NCBI GenBank assembly: GCA_040220235.1
Contig: JAVJTO010000051.1
DNA length: 64,000 nt
Direction: 5' to 3' (one strand)
Source of the DNA: Coleofasciculus sp. B1-GNL1-01
GTDB lineage: Bacteria > Cyanobacteriota > Cyanobacteriia > Cyanobacteriales > Coleofasciculaceae
The notes under the pieces are model-generated. The model ran no database searches and was not told the origin of the DNA. It worked only from the letters and a program-made list of their open reading frames with translations. The position numbers and the translations under genes are program-made. Below are positions 9,494-20,078 of this stretch, one piece after another. Each line of letters begins with the position of its first letter. Position 1 is the first letter of the stretch.

Positions 9494-9665
9494 ACCTCGG
9501 CTTTCCACCAATGCAAGCCTTGCACGCCTACAGACGCCCGCATCTGTGTTTCTTCTCGATTAAGCAGAACAGGTATCGCATGTTTGGCAAATGACCAAGG
9601 ACTAATAACAAAGGACAAATCTGCTGTAGACTATCTCTAGCCCAAATGTAATTGCCCAAGTTAGC

Positions 9666-11663
9666 GTGTTCAGCCAATCCAGTTCTGACCCTTCCCCAAA
9701 GAGTTTGCCCAATCAACGGTGGCAAATAGCCTCCGCTAACCCAGAAAAAGCCAACCAACTCGCCCAAGGGACAGGATTGTCACCCCTGCTGGGTCAAGTG
9801 TTACTTAACCGAGGATTCGACACCGTAGACCAAGCTATGGTCTATTTGTATCCAGAATCCCAGGCGATGCCCACCCCTATGGATGAATTTCCTGACTTGG
9901 CGATTAGTGTGGATATGCTCAAAGAAGCGATCGCAGAAAATGAGAAAATAGCGATCTGTGGGGACTATGATGCTGATGGCATGACCAGTACCGCCTTGTT
10001 ACTGCGGGCATTACGGTGGTTGGGGGCGGATGTGGACTATGCGATTCCTAGCCGGATGAAAGAGGGGTATGGGATTAATACTCGGATTGTGGAAGAATTC
10101 GCCAATGAAGGCGTGGGGCTAATTCTTACCGTAGATAATGGGATTGCAGCACACGACGCGATCGCCCGGGCTGTAGAATTGGGTGTAACGGTTATTATTA
10201 CCGATCATCACGACCTTCCCCCTGAACTGCCCAACGCCGATGCGATTCTTAACCCCAAACAGTTACCTGAATCTTCCCCCTATCGCAGTTTAGCTGGTGT
10301 CGGTGTCGCCTATATATTAGCCGTTACCCTCGCCCAAGACTTAGGTCAACTCCAGGGACTCACTAGCCAACTCCTAGAACTCTTCACCCTGGGTACGATT
10401 GCGGATCTCGCCCCCTTAACGGATATTAACCGCCGTTGGTTAAAACGAGGCTTGCAACGCCTACCTAAATCTCAACTGGCGGGAATTCAGGCTTTAATTC
10501 AAATGTCAGGCGTCAGTGAAGACCAAATCGCCCTGAAACCGGAAGATATCGGCTTTAAACTTGGACCGAGAATTAACGCCGTGGGGCGGTTAGCTGATCC
10601 GCAAATCGTGATTGAACTCCTCACCACCAGTGATTCTGGAATCGCCTTGGAACGGGCGATGCAATGCGAACAAATTAACCAGAAACGTCAACAGCTTTGT
10701 GCAGAAATTGAGGAAGAGGCGATCGCACTAATTGAAACAGAGGCGTTAAACTGGCAACAGCAGCGCGTTCTTGTCTTAGTGCAACCGGATTGGCATCATG
10801 GGGTGATTGGGATTGTGGCGTCGCGCCTGGTGGAACGGTATGGTGTCCCGGTATTTATTGGTACTTATGAAGACGAAAATCAGGAACATATTCGCGGTTC
10901 TGCACGAGGAATTCCCGAATTCCATGTCTTTGAAGCCCTACAATCGTGCCATGATTTATTAGGTAAATTTGGCGGACACCAAGCCGCCGGAGGCTTTACA
11001 TTACCCAGTGAAAATTTAACCGCGTTTCAAACTCAGCTGAGTCACTTTGCCCATCAATGTTTAGAACCGGAACATCTGAAGCCTTTAGTCGCTATTGACG
11101 CCGAGGCGAATTTTAATCAAATTAGCTATAATCTCTACCAACAAATTGACCGACTGCATCCTTGCGGAATTGGCAATCCCGACCCAATATTCTGGACGCC
11201 CAATGTGCGTGTGGTGGAACAAAGACTCGTGGGCAAAGGACATCTAAAGCTTACCCTGTCTGGATTTGATGGAACCAAGCAACTGAATGCGATCGCGTGG
11301 CGTTGGGGTGAATATTTCCCTCTACCCTCGAATATAGATATTGCCTATAAACTCAAAGATAATGCCTGGAATGGAAATGTGACAATTGAATTAGAATTAG
11401 TCGGCATTCGGGTGAGTAAATCCGCCCCATCATCGATTAAAAAAGCTGAATTTTACCACAACGAACGCCGCTATACCTGTAGCTTATGGGAATCGTTAAA
11501 CGAGTTGCGAATTAGGAATGCTGAAGGCAAAGTTCTGGTGGTTCAAAAAGGACAACGTACAGGGCTTTTAGGATTTAAGCGGGATGATGCGAAACAGGTA
11601 GATGTTACCCAACCTCATTACTATCATTTAATTAAAGCCGCAACTCGTGCTTTAAAGTTGTGA
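9666..11663 (+). CDS. recJ: Single-stranded-DNA exonuclease RecJ
   Basis: GDYDADG, TVDNG, TDHH, GTIAD, PRINAVGR, GSAR and GGHQAAGG motifs. Confidence 0.97.
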   Translation: MFSQSSSDPSPKSLPNQRWQIASANPEKANQLAQGTGLSPLLGQVLLNRGFDTVDQAMVYLYPESQAMPTPMDEFPDLAISVDMLKEAIAENEKIAICGDYDADGMTSTALLLRALRWLGADVDYAIPSRMKEGYGINTRIVEEFANEGVGLILTVDNGIAAHDAIARAVELGVTVIITDHHDLPPELPNADAILNPKQLPESSPYRSLAGVGVAYILAVTLAQDLGQLQGLTSQLLELFTLGTIADLAPLTDINRRWLKRGLQRLPKSQLAGIQALIQMSGVSEDQIALKPEDIGFKLGPRINAVGRLADPQIVIELLTTSDSGIALERAMQCEQINQKRQQLCAEIEEEAIALIETEALNWQQQRVLVLVQPDWHHGVIGIVASRLVERYGVPVFIGTYEDENQEHIRGSARGIPEFHVFEALQSCHDLLGKFGGHQAAGGFTLPSENLTAFQTQLSHFAHQCLEPEHLKPLVAIDAEANFNQISYNLYQQIDRLHPCGIGNPDPIFWTPNVRVVEQRLVGKGHLKLTLSGFDGTKQLNAIAWRWGEYFPLPSNIDIAYKLKDNAWNGNVTIELELVGIRVSKSAPSSIKKAEFYHNERRYTCSLWESLNELRIRNAEGKVLVVQKGQRTGLLGFKRDDAKQVDVTQPHYYHLIKAATRALKL

Positions 11664-11910
11664 TTGGTCATTGGTCATTGGTCTTATGTCCTTTGTCATT
11701 CGTCCTTTGTCATTTAGTCGGGGCGGGTTTAGTTAGATTTGGGTGCAACAGAAACGATAGTTGTCAAACCCGTCCCTACAACTGTCATCAGATGGCTTCC
11801 CTATCTCCCGGATCTCCCCCAGCTTCCAGACGTAGCATGCTACGTCTCTACATTGCTTCCCCGGCTCCCCCGGCTCCTGATAACTGATAACTGTTCACTG
11901 ATAACTGATA
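11664..11910. repeat. Composite repeat tract: heptamer STRR runs, a REPIN and ctccccggc-type repeats
   Basis: ttggtca/tttgtca runs at 11664-11715, REPIN at 11717-11780, ctgataa runs at 11877-11910. Confidence 0.8.
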
Positions 11911-11969
11911 AATCCCCCAGCTTCAATGCATCAGGGAGCAAGATGCTCCCACTACAAGCAAACAGACGG

Positions 11970-12095
11970 CTACAGGTCTCCCCTAAAAGCAGCCAGCAGA
12001 AAAATAACCACAGGACCAGCAATCACAATCGCCGCCAGCACGGTAAGCTGGGCAATCAGTTCCCAGTTAATATTCCCGATAAAACTTAAATCCAT
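11970..12095 (-). CDS. psb30: Photosystem II protein Psb30 (Ycf12); not in the ORF track
   Basis: Manual translation MDLSFIGNINWELIAQLTVLAAIVIAGPVVIFLLAAFRGDL (41 aa) with GGAGG RBS; matches the Ycf12 pattern NWExIxQL...GPxVIFLL..RGxL. Confidence 0.93.
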   Translation of the reverse strand: MDLSFIGNINWELIAQLTVLAAIVIAGPVVIFLLAAFRGDL

Positions 12096-12311
12096 CTATC
12101 CTCCCGATTAACCTAATTTAGATGATGTCGTTAAAAATTGCCGATTAGATTTTACTGGGAAATGGGTCAGTTTTTTTAATCAAATTAACAAAACTATACA
12201 AAAAGTAACAAAAATGTCATTTGTCCTGGGTCATCTGTCCTTGTCTATCCGACAGACGAAAACCCGTTATCCTAGAGAAGCTTGGAATCAATCGCTCGAT
12301 GGTGAAATGCA

Positions 12312-12662
12312 ATGGCAACTTGGCGTTGTGTAAAGCAATGTGGTGCGTGCTGTCATCTAGACCCAACCGAACGCCCTGGATTAGAAACCTATCTAACACC
12401 AGAGGAGTTAGACCAGTATTTGAGTATGGTGGGGGAAGACGGCTGGTGTGTCAATTTTGATCATGCGACTCGTGAATGTCGCATTTATGCCCATCGCCCT
12501 CGCTTCTGTCGGGTGGAGGCGGATATCTTTCACCAGATGTATGGGATTGAACCGGAGGAGTTAAACGATTTTGCGATCGACTGTTGTCGGGATCATATCG
12601 CGGATCTCTACGGCGATCGCAGTTTGGAGATACTACGCTTTGACCGGGAAGTGGGGATATAA
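12312..12662 (+). CDS. YkgJ family cysteine-cluster protein
   Basis: CxxxCGACC, CVNFD...CRIY..RPRFC motifs. Confidence 0.9.
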   Translation: MATWRCVKQCGACCHLDPTERPGLETYLTPEELDQYLSMVGEDGWCVNFDHATRECRIYAHRPRFCRVEADIFHQMYGIEPEELNDFAIDCCRDHIADLYGDRSLEILRFDREVGI

Positions 12663-12780
12663 AAGAGTATCCTTGTACCGCCTGACACTCTTTAAAGATT
12701 TTGTAAAGTCATTATCAATTTGTTTACATTGATGAAAACAGTCGTTTAAAATTAACCCAACTCTGTTTTATCGTCAAAAA

Positions 12781-13887
12781 ATGAAAAAAATTAGTTCGCT
12801 GTTATCGACAGTTGTGATGACAGCATTCGTGGCTTGGTTTTCTGATAGTTTACCTGCCCATGCCACACTCATTATTGGCAACACTGAAGGGAATAATGTT
12901 ATTTTATTTGATCAAAGCAATGGTCAATTTTTAGGTGAATTAATTCCATCGGGGACGGGAGGCTTACTCTCTCCCGATGATTTAAATTTTGGTCCTGACG
13001 GGAATCTATACATCACCAGTGGTACGACTCCAGAAACATCGGCTGTTCTCCGTTACGATGGCAAAACCGGAGAGTTCCTGGATCGTTTCGCGTCAGGACA
13101 TGGGTTATTTCGTCCCTATGGCGCAGCGTTTGGACCCGATGGTTATCTTTATGTCAGTAGTTTTTTGTCTGACCAAATTTTACGTTTTGATGCTATCACT
13201 GGAGCGTTTGTTGATGTTTTTGCCTCGGGTAATGGTCAACCAGGTGGCTTAAACGGACCGAATGATTTATTATTTGGACCCGATGGTTCCCTCTACGTAA
13301 CCACTCAAGGTAGTGTCGCGACAAATGGAGAACCTGATTTTAGTGCGGGGCTTCCTAGCCAAGTGCTGCGTTTCGACTTGGAAACCCAACAGTCTACAGT
13401 TTTCGTTGAACAGCCAACTCCATCACCTGATAGTTTTGGGTTTGTCAGTTTCCTTGGCTTAACCACCGGACCCAATAATGATTTATTTGTTAGTGACTTT
13501 GCTAATGATATCAGGCGTTATGACTTCGATACGGGAGAATTGGTGGCTACTTTATCCACAAATTACACCGGAACGATTCCGGCTAACAATTTCATCGGCA
13601 ACTTAGTGATCAGCCCGGATAATACTCTCTATACAGTCGGCTTTGATTTTACTAACAATAATTTTGGTGCTATTTTACGTTACAACAGTGTCACGGGAGA
13701 CCCCTTGCCGACACCAGGAAATGAAGGAGCGATTTTTGTAGATACAACTAGCCAAATGCAACGTCCCATTGGGGTTCTATTCACGTCGCAGCAATTTCCA
13801 GTTAGCGTACCGGAACCGACAGCCGGAGTGGGTTTAGTCGCACTTGGCATTAGCGGGATAATTTCATCAAGACAGCGTCAACATTAA
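12781..13887 (+). CDS. PEP-CTERM-anchored beta-propeller (NHL/Vgb-like) exoprotein
   Basis: Signal peptide (PAHA), repeated FGPDGxLY..VLRFD blades, C-terminal VPEPT plus hydrophobic segment plus RQRQ. Confidence 0.88.
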   Translation: MKKISSLLSTVVMTAFVAWFSDSLPAHATLIIGNTEGNNVILFDQSNGQFLGELIPSGTGGLLSPDDLNFGPDGNLYITSGTTPETSAVLRYDGKTGEFLDRFASGHGLFRPYGAAFGPDGYLYVSSFLSDQILRFDAITGAFVDVFASGNGQPGGLNGPNDLLFGPDGSLYVTTQGSVATNGEPDFSAGLPSQVLRFDLETQQSTVFVEQPTPSPDSFGFVSFLGLTTGPNNDLFVSDFANDIRRYDFDTGELVATLSTNYTGTIPANNFIGNLVISPDNTLYTVGFDFTNNNFGAILRYNSVTGDPLPTPGNEGAIFVDTTSQMQRPIGVLFTSQQFPVSVPEPTAGVGLVALGISGIISSRQRQH

Positions 13888-14237
13888 CAGCAAAGCTAGA
13901 ACACCAATCCAGTTAAATGGGGCGCAAGACTTGCACTCTTCAAGTTTATAGGCGTCATTCCAATCCATCAAATTAGAGACGTCACGCCCCTATAATTCCT
14001 TGGATACAAGGATAAGATTCCCAGTTAAGCTATTTGCCTTTATTTCTGCTGATGTTCACGGTCAAATAGTCAACGTTTTCTATCATCTAAAAACAGGAGA
14101 AACCCCAATAGAGGTTATTCGAGATACATACTGACCGACTCTCATATTGACTTCAGCGCAGATCGTAGTCAAATTTGTAAAGTTCTGCAAAGATGAATAG
14201 AATATGAAAAAAGATTGACGTAAACTGAGCAATCCCT

Positions 14238-14669
14238 GTGAAACTATCTTCCTTGCCCATCGTCGGTTTTGTCCTGACAGCACCCTTTTCCTCGATGAAT
14301 CCAGCCCCCAAAGATGTCTCTGATCCCTCTGAGTTACCAATTTCTCCCACTCCCACCAGTTTGCGTCCCCTCGTCAAGCGCCAACGGGGAATATGGGGTA
14401 TCTTTAGTTCCACCTTCCTAACCATTTTTCTGGCTGAGATTGGCGATAAAACCCAACTAGCTACACTGCTGATCAGTGCAGAATCTCAATCGCCGTGGAT
14501 TGTGTTTACAGGAGCCGCGATCGCACTCATTGCCACCAGCTTAATCGGTGTCTTGCTGGGAACCTGGTTAGCCAAGCGTTTACCGCCCAAAACCCTGGAA
14601 ACCGCCGCCGGGACATTATTACTCTTCATCTCTGTTATGCTGCTGTGGGATGTGGTGCAACTCGGATGA
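14238..14669 (+). CDS. TMEM165/GDT1 (UPF0016) half-size Mn/Ca transporter subunit 1
   Basis: Single EIGDKTQ motif and three TM helices; start uncertain. Confidence 0.88.
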   Translation: MKLSSLPIVGFVLTAPFSSMNPAPKDVSDPSELPISPTPTSLRPLVKRQRGIWGIFSSTFLTIFLAEIGDKTQLATLLISAESQSPWIVFTGAAIALIATSLIGVLLGTWLAKRLPPKTLETAAGTLLLFISVMLLWDVVQLG

Positions 14670-14770
14670 AACAATTTGGAGTGTGTAGGGGCAGATTTGA
14701 CTCCGATCATTTTGTCTTCACCCAAATGTGAACAAACCCGCCCCGACTGAATCACAGAGATTTGAAGATT

Positions 14771-15052
14771 ATGGATTGGCAATTACTAGGATTAAGTTTC
14801 ATTACCGTATTTCTAGCCGAAATTGGAGACAAAAGCCAACTGGCTGCGATCGCGCTTGGCGGTAGCCTCAAGTCGCCCCGTGCTGTATTCTTGGGGACGG
14901 TAGCCGCATTGCTGTTGGCAACGTTGATTGGCGTATTAGCTGGGGGAGGCGTAGCGCAACTATTACCCGTGCGAATGCTTAAAGCGATCGCGGCGGTGGG
15001 TTTTGCACTAATGGCTGTTCGCTTGCTGTGGCCCCATGAGAATGACGAATGA
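14771..15052 (+). CDS. TMEM165/GDT1 (UPF0016) half-size transporter subunit 2
   Basis: MDWQLLGLSFITVFLAEIGDKSQLAAIAL; single motif, pairs with the upstream half. Confidence 0.9.
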   Translation: MDWQLLGLSFITVFLAEIGDKSQLAAIALGGSLKSPRAVFLGTVAALLLATLIGVLAGGGVAQLLPVRMLKAIAAVGFALMAVRLLWPHENDE

Positions 15053-15093
15053 CAAAATGACAAATGACAAATGACGAATGACGAATGACAAAT
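15040..15093. repeat. STRR heptamer run (aatgaca/aatgacg)
   Basis: About 7 tandem units overlapping the stop of the preceding gene. Confidence 0.85.
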
Positions 15094-15097
15094 CTCT

Positions 15098-16354
15098 ATG
15101 GTTTCTCTCGCCCGGAAGAACTTACTTGAAGACATTCCCCGCTTTTTAGTCGCCCAAGCTGGGATTATGTTTGCGGTGAGTTTAGTTACCTTGCAAACGG
15201 GTATTTTTAATGGATTTACCCAATCCACGGCTCAGTTAATTTACAATTCTAGTGCGGATATTTGGGTAGCATCGGATAAATTGGTGCAACTTGAACTAAC
15301 ACTACCCATTCCCTTATCCCATGTTATTTCTGCCCGTAATGTGGAAGGCGTTGCCAAAGCTGAAGCCCTGATTTTTAGTGGCGCGTTGTGGAATCCACCC
15401 CAAGGAGAAATTACCCGCGTCAGAGTCGTCGGATTTGACCCCAATGGGCAACTCTTTCAACCCATCAATCTCGTTCAAGGCGATGTGAAGGACTTATCTG
15501 AACCCTATAACATTATCGTCGATGCAACCAACCAAGGTTCTCTAAATATTCAACAGATTGGGGATATTGCCCAAGTGAATTCCTTACCTGCAAAAGTCAT
15601 GGGTTTCACCCAAGGGAATGCATCGATTGTGTCCAATTCCTTCATGTTTACCTCCCTAACCAGTGCGAATGCGTTCTTAAAATCGGGTCAAAAGTCGGAA
15701 CTCTCTTGTAAATTGCCGTCAGGTTCAGAGGATTTAATTTGTACAAATACATATTCGAGAACCTCGGAAGCAGAACTTGAAAATCAACCGCCACCGCCAC
15801 CGAATCCATTAGTTGCCTCGGATCTGATTCAATATGTTTTAATTGCGGCGGAACCCGATCAGGATTTGTCACAACTGAAAGCACGATTAGAGAAAGCATT
15901 ACCCAATGTCAGCACCTATACGCGCCAGGAATTTATTAAAAGAAATCAAGACTTTTGGCAACAACGAACGGGTATTGGCTTTATCCTCGGAATGGGGGCG
16001 GTGGTTGGTGTTGTCGTGGGTGTGATTATTGTTGGTCAAATTCTTTATTCATCAGTTTCTGACCATATTACCGAGTTTGGCACGCTTAAAGCCATTGGCG
16101 CGTCAGATTGGCGCATTTACGGGGTAATTATTGAACAGGCGCTGTGGATGTCGATTCTCGGTTATCTCCCCGCCATGATTCTCTGTTACAGCGTAGCTTT
16201 GTGGACATCAGCAACTCAGGGAATTTTGATTCTGATCACCCCCGTATCCGCGATCGCGGTTTTGGCGATAACCGTGGGAATGTGCGTCGGTTCGGCTATT
16301 TTCGCGATTCAGAAAGTGACGCGCCTTGATCCAGCGATGGTATTTAATCAGTAG
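15098..16354 (+). CDS. ABC transporter permease, FtsX/DevC-like
   Basis: LARKNL..RFLVAQAGIMFAV..LQ; GQILYSSVSDHITEFGTLKAIGA; LDPAMVF. Confidence 0.88.
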   Translation: MVSLARKNLLEDIPRFLVAQAGIMFAVSLVTLQTGIFNGFTQSTAQLIYNSSADIWVASDKLVQLELTLPIPLSHVISARNVEGVAKAEALIFSGALWNPPQGEITRVRVVGFDPNGQLFQPINLVQGDVKDLSEPYNIIVDATNQGSLNIQQIGDIAQVNSLPAKVMGFTQGNASIVSNSFMFTSLTSANAFLKSGQKSELSCKLPSGSEDLICTNTYSRTSEAELENQPPPPPNPLVASDLIQYVLIAAEPDQDLSQLKARLEKALPNVSTYTRQEFIKRNQDFWQQRTGIGFILGMGAVVGVVVGVIIVGQILYSSVSDHITEFGTLKAIGASDWRIYGVIIEQALWMSILGYLPAMILCYSVALWTSATQGILILITPVSAIAVLAITVGMCVGSAIFAIQKVTRLDPAMVFNQ

Positions 16355-16387
16355 ATCATTATTCTTGACTTAACCTTGTTTTTGGTT

Positions 16388-16553
16388 GTAGGGGCGAGTC
16401 GCTGCATCAATAGATGGTGTGAGAATTAACCTGTCTCGACTCGCCCTTTTCTCAAAGTACGTGACGTCAGATAATTGCCGAAACCCCGTGGAGGGCGACC
16501 CAAACAAATTAATGGTTCGGTGGTGTAAATTGTGTGCGGCGGGTCGCCCCTAC
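16388..16553. repeat. Two REP-like inverted repeats between convergent genes
   Basis: gggcgagtcg...cgactcgccc and gggcgaccc...gggtcgcccctac. Confidence 0.65.
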
Positions 16554-16565
16554 CATGTTTATACA

Positions 16566-19373
16566 TCATTCCTGCTGATTTTGATTCACCAATAACGCCA
16601 CCGGAAAATCACTGAGAACATCTCGAATCCACAGCGTATCGTCGCCCTCAATTTCTCGTCCCGTCATCATATCCTGCCACATAGAGGACGAACTAGATGG
16701 TAAAGAAATCCGGGTTTCTTGCCAAACTTGTTCACCCATGGGATATTCGTCTGGCTTCACTAAACCCGTTAACAGCCGAGGTACAATAACAATCACGGTT
16801 GTATGATCCCAGGTTCGGGCAAAGGTGACTACATGATCCTTCAAACTACCAATAACAGTCAGTTTGTGGTAATCCCCTCGCTGGAATAACTCTAAATACT
16901 CGCGTCGGGTTTTTAGGGCTTGATAGATGACGAATAACTTAATTCGACCGTCTTCTGGACTCTGACAAAGTTCCTGAACTAAACCCAGCTTATCCGTTTC
17001 GCAGCGCTGCTTCAATTCTTGAACTAAAGCCAGCCGCTGTTCAAAATCCACCGGACGGCGATTATCGGGATCGACTAAACTTAGATCCCACAGTTCTGTT
17101 CCCTGGTAAAAATCCGGAACACCGGGAGATGTCAGTTTCAACAAAGCTTGGGAGAGACTATTAAAAATGCCGTAATGTTGAATTTTGCGTTGAAAGGGTA
17201 GAAACGCTTCTAAAAATGGATTGTCATGGATATCTTTGAGTAAGCGTTCCGCAAACCGAATAAACCCTTCTTCATAGTTGGTGTCGGGTCTCAACCAAGC
17301 GGTATGGACTTTTGCCTCTCGGATTGCCTTAATAATATAGTCTTTGATCCGCTGCACATAGCTAGGGAACTCCGTTTCATCAAAGGGAAAGGTTCCCAGT
17401 AAGGTTTGGTAAAGAAAATATTCGTCATTGGGATCAGGAATATCTAACCCATCAATACAATCCTTATGCACCGCATTGATTTCCTGCCATTTCCTCAACA
17501 TACTATCCCACTCGCCGGGGATTTCTGAGATAACATTAATTCTTGCTCTCACATCTTCACCCCGCTTGGTATCATGGGTGGCTGTTGTATTTAGTGTATG
17601 GGGCCAATAAGCGATGCGGTGTTGGTTAAACTCATGAAAGTCATCTAAGGAAACACCAAACTCACCCGGATTGCCACCCACTTCATTAAGAGAGATGAGA
17701 CGGTTGTAAATATAGAACGCCGTATCTTCTACTCCCTTTGCTGTCAGCGGTCCGGTAAACTGTTGTAGCCGCATAACAAAATAACGCCATTGTTCGGCTT
17801 CTTCGGGATTGAGTGACTCATCAACCTCCAGTAATAAAAACTTCTCAATAAACGTCAGTTCGTTAAAGAAAATTGGCGTATTTTCTTTGGCTTGGCTAAT
17901 GACAGACTCAATATAGTCCCGATCCGCTTGGCTCAAGCCTTCTGGACTAATGTAGGTTCGGTATACCGGAAACAGTGCCATGATTTCGACCAAAGCGGCT
18001 TTCAGCGCATAGATCGTAAAGTCACTAGCGTATCTGTACCGACCAGAAATTCGTTTGAGTAAATTGGCTAAATTATCGATATCTCCAGTCAAATGCTTGG
18101 CGATAATCAATCGCTTTTTCTCTTCTATGATGACTTGATAGGATATGGAATTTCCAATAAAGCGATAGTAAACGCTGTCAAACTTAGGCTGAGTCTGCTG
18201 ATGACAGAAAATGCCATTAACTTTGTTTAAGAAATCATACCCACTCGTCCCTTGTACGGGCCACGTTAGCGGCAAATCTTCATCCTCTTCCAAGATTTTC
18301 TCAACCACGATATACGCATCAGAGGCATGGTCTCGCAAGCGATTTAAATATTGAGCCGGATCGTACAGTCCATCGATATGATCGATTCTGACGCCGCTAA
18401 ATTTCTGTTCTTCAATCAGCTTGAAGATCAAAGCATGATTATGATTAAACACCCGTTCATCCTCGATGCGAACGGAAATCAGGTCATTAACCGTAAAAAA
18501 TCGCCGATAATTCAGTTCTTCATTACCTACCTTCCAGTAAGCGAGGCGGAAAAACTGCTCGGCTAATAATTGCTCTAATAAATCAAAACTTTCGGGTTTC
18601 CCGGGTTCTCCATTAAAGATTTGAATATTTTCGTCGATGAACTCCTTGATCTCTACGCTATCATTCCAGAGTTCCCACAACATGCTCTTGATAAAGCCAA
18701 TCTGATCATAGCGTTCCGTTCCTTCTTCGCCAGAGGGAATGTATTTTAGCGCATAGAGAGCGCCCAGGAACTTGACAAAATCGGGATGATTCCTGCCTAA
18801 TTTCCGGCGAATACGTGCCAAATCATAGGTTAAGACATTGGAGTAGGATTCGATGCGAATGGGAAACTGCAGGTCATAGTAATTAATCGTAAAACCGTCT
18901 TGGTTATACTGGAGTTTGAGTTCACCACTTTCTAAGCAATCGCCGCAGAATTTTCCTAAAAATGGCGCTAAAACTCGCTCTCGAATGCCCTCATAATGAT
19001 GTTCCCAATTAATATCAAAATAATCTTTATATTGAGAATTAGGACCATTCTCCAAGACTTCAACCAGCATGGGGTTTTGACTATCAAACGCCATGTGATT
19101 CGGCACAATATCCTGAAGCCATCCTAATCCGTGCTTTTGCACTTCCTCCATTAGAGAGTCAAAGTTCTCCAATCCGCCGAGTTCTGGGTTTATTTGATTG
19201 GGATCAACGACATCGTAGCCATGAGTGCTACCGGATCGGGCTTTAAATATGGGGGATGCATACAAGTCAGAAATTCCTAATTCAGCCAAGTAGGAAATAA
19301 TGGCTTTTGCTGACTCAAAGGTAAACTCAGGATTAAATTGAATTCTATAGGTGGCGAAGGGAATCCGCATCAT
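16566..19373 (-). CDS. treY: Malto-oligosyltrehalose synthase
   Basis: ATYRIQF, GSTHGYDVVD, DIVPNHM, LNYRRFF, RIDHIDGL, THDTKRGED, LVDPDNRRPVD. Confidence 0.96.
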   Translation of the reverse strand: MMRIPFATYRIQFNPEFTFESAKAIISYLAELGISDLYASPIFKARSGSTHGYDVVDPNQINPELGGLENFDSLMEEVQKHGLGWLQDIVPNHMAFDSQNPMLVEVLENGPNSQYKDYFDINWEHHYEGIRERVLAPFLGKFCGDCLESGELKLQYNQDGFTINYYDLQFPIRIESYSNVLTYDLARIRRKLGRNHPDFVKFLGALYALKYIPSGEEGTERYDQIGFIKSMLWELWNDSVEIKEFIDENIQIFNGEPGKPESFDLLEQLLAEQFFRLAYWKVGNEELNYRRFFTVNDLISVRIEDERVFNHNHALIFKLIEEQKFSGVRIDHIDGLYDPAQYLNRLRDHASDAYIVVEKILEEDEDLPLTWPVQGTSGYDFLNKVNGIFCHQQTQPKFDSVYYRFIGNSISYQVIIEEKKRLIIAKHLTGDIDNLANLLKRISGRYRYASDFTIYALKAALVEIMALFPVYRTYISPEGLSQADRDYIESVISQAKENTPIFFNELTFIEKFLLLEVDESLNPEEAEQWRYFVMRLQQFTGPLTAKGVEDTAFYIYNRLISLNEVGGNPGEFGVSLDDFHEFNQHRIAYWPHTLNTTATHDTKRGEDVRARINVISEIPGEWDSMLRKWQEINAVHKDCIDGLDIPDPNDEYFLYQTLLGTFPFDETEFPSYVQRIKDYIIKAIREAKVHTAWLRPDTNYEEGFIRFAERLLKDIHDNPFLEAFLPFQRKIQHYGIFNSLSQALLKLTSPGVPDFYQGTELWDLSLVDPDNRRPVDFEQRLALVQELKQRCETDKLGLVQELCQSPEDGRIKLFVIYQALKTRREYLELFQRGDYHKLTVIGSLKDHVVTFARTWDHTTVIVIVPRLLTGLVKPDEYPMGEQVWQETRISLPSSSSSMWQDMMTGREIEGDDTLWIRDVLSDFPVALLVNQNQQE

Positions 19374-19874
19374 AAGCTTTTCAAGGGGTTAAAGAACTGA
19401 CAGAACGTTGGCTCTGGGACTAGATTTAAAAATTGCTTGTTAACAAAGATGTCAAACCGTAGGGTAGTGGCGTTGAACGTAATGCTTAAATCATAGCTTA
19501 ACATTAGTTAATTATACAGGGATTAGCTCTGAGCAATACCAAAAGTACCGGACAAGAAAGCTCCAAGGCAGATGGTTTCCAGGAAAACGAACCTCAAGGG
19601 ATAAAGGGGGTGACAAAAGCGAATTTGATATCAGCCACCAAGATTGACAAATAAACCAATACATGCATTATCTCTAGGTAACACCTTATTTGTTGATAAT
19701 GGTATGATTTTGACTGGGCTTACATCCCCTTTTGGGCGGATTGCGCCTCTTTCTGACGACTGAACCGAGGCTAGTGTCACTGAGTTAACGGGGTGACAAA
19801 CTAGCTGAAGTGTTGAGCCATCCTGCTTTTATCCCTTTTCTTCTTGTCACAGATAAGGTCAAAGATAGCAGTTT

Positions 19875-19950
19875 TTTCTGGGGGACTAGCCCCCCAGACC
19901 CCCCAATGGGGGACGAGCGCCTCCCCCATACCCCCTGCGCAACGCTTCGC
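19875..19950. repeat. GC-rich hairpin element (gggggactagcccccagaccccc...), resembling non-autonomous element ends
   Basis: Tandem G/C-run hairpins in the treZ-treY spacer; no transposase gene present. Confidence 0.45.
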
Positions 19951-20078
19951 TTGAATATATCTGCTCAGGTGGTCTTCATCTGTCAATAAGGGTGTCAATA
20001 AGGCTTCATCTTTGGAGATACTAATGTCACTTAAAACCTGATTTTAAAAGGTTTTGGACGGCTTGTCACCCCTTCAGG

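Noticed and set aside
11660..12111. ORFs 11660-11887, 11739-12089, 11840-12022 and 11926-12111
   Set aside because: Translations of STRR/REP repeats or alternative frames over psb30
12666..12679. LexA-like box agtatccttgtacc
   Set aside because: Imperfect match and not upstream of a repair gene
14238..15052. Split UPF0016 gene as a broken pseudogene
   Set aside because: Paired half-size UPF0016 genes are a known cyanobacterial arrangement and each half has an intact motif
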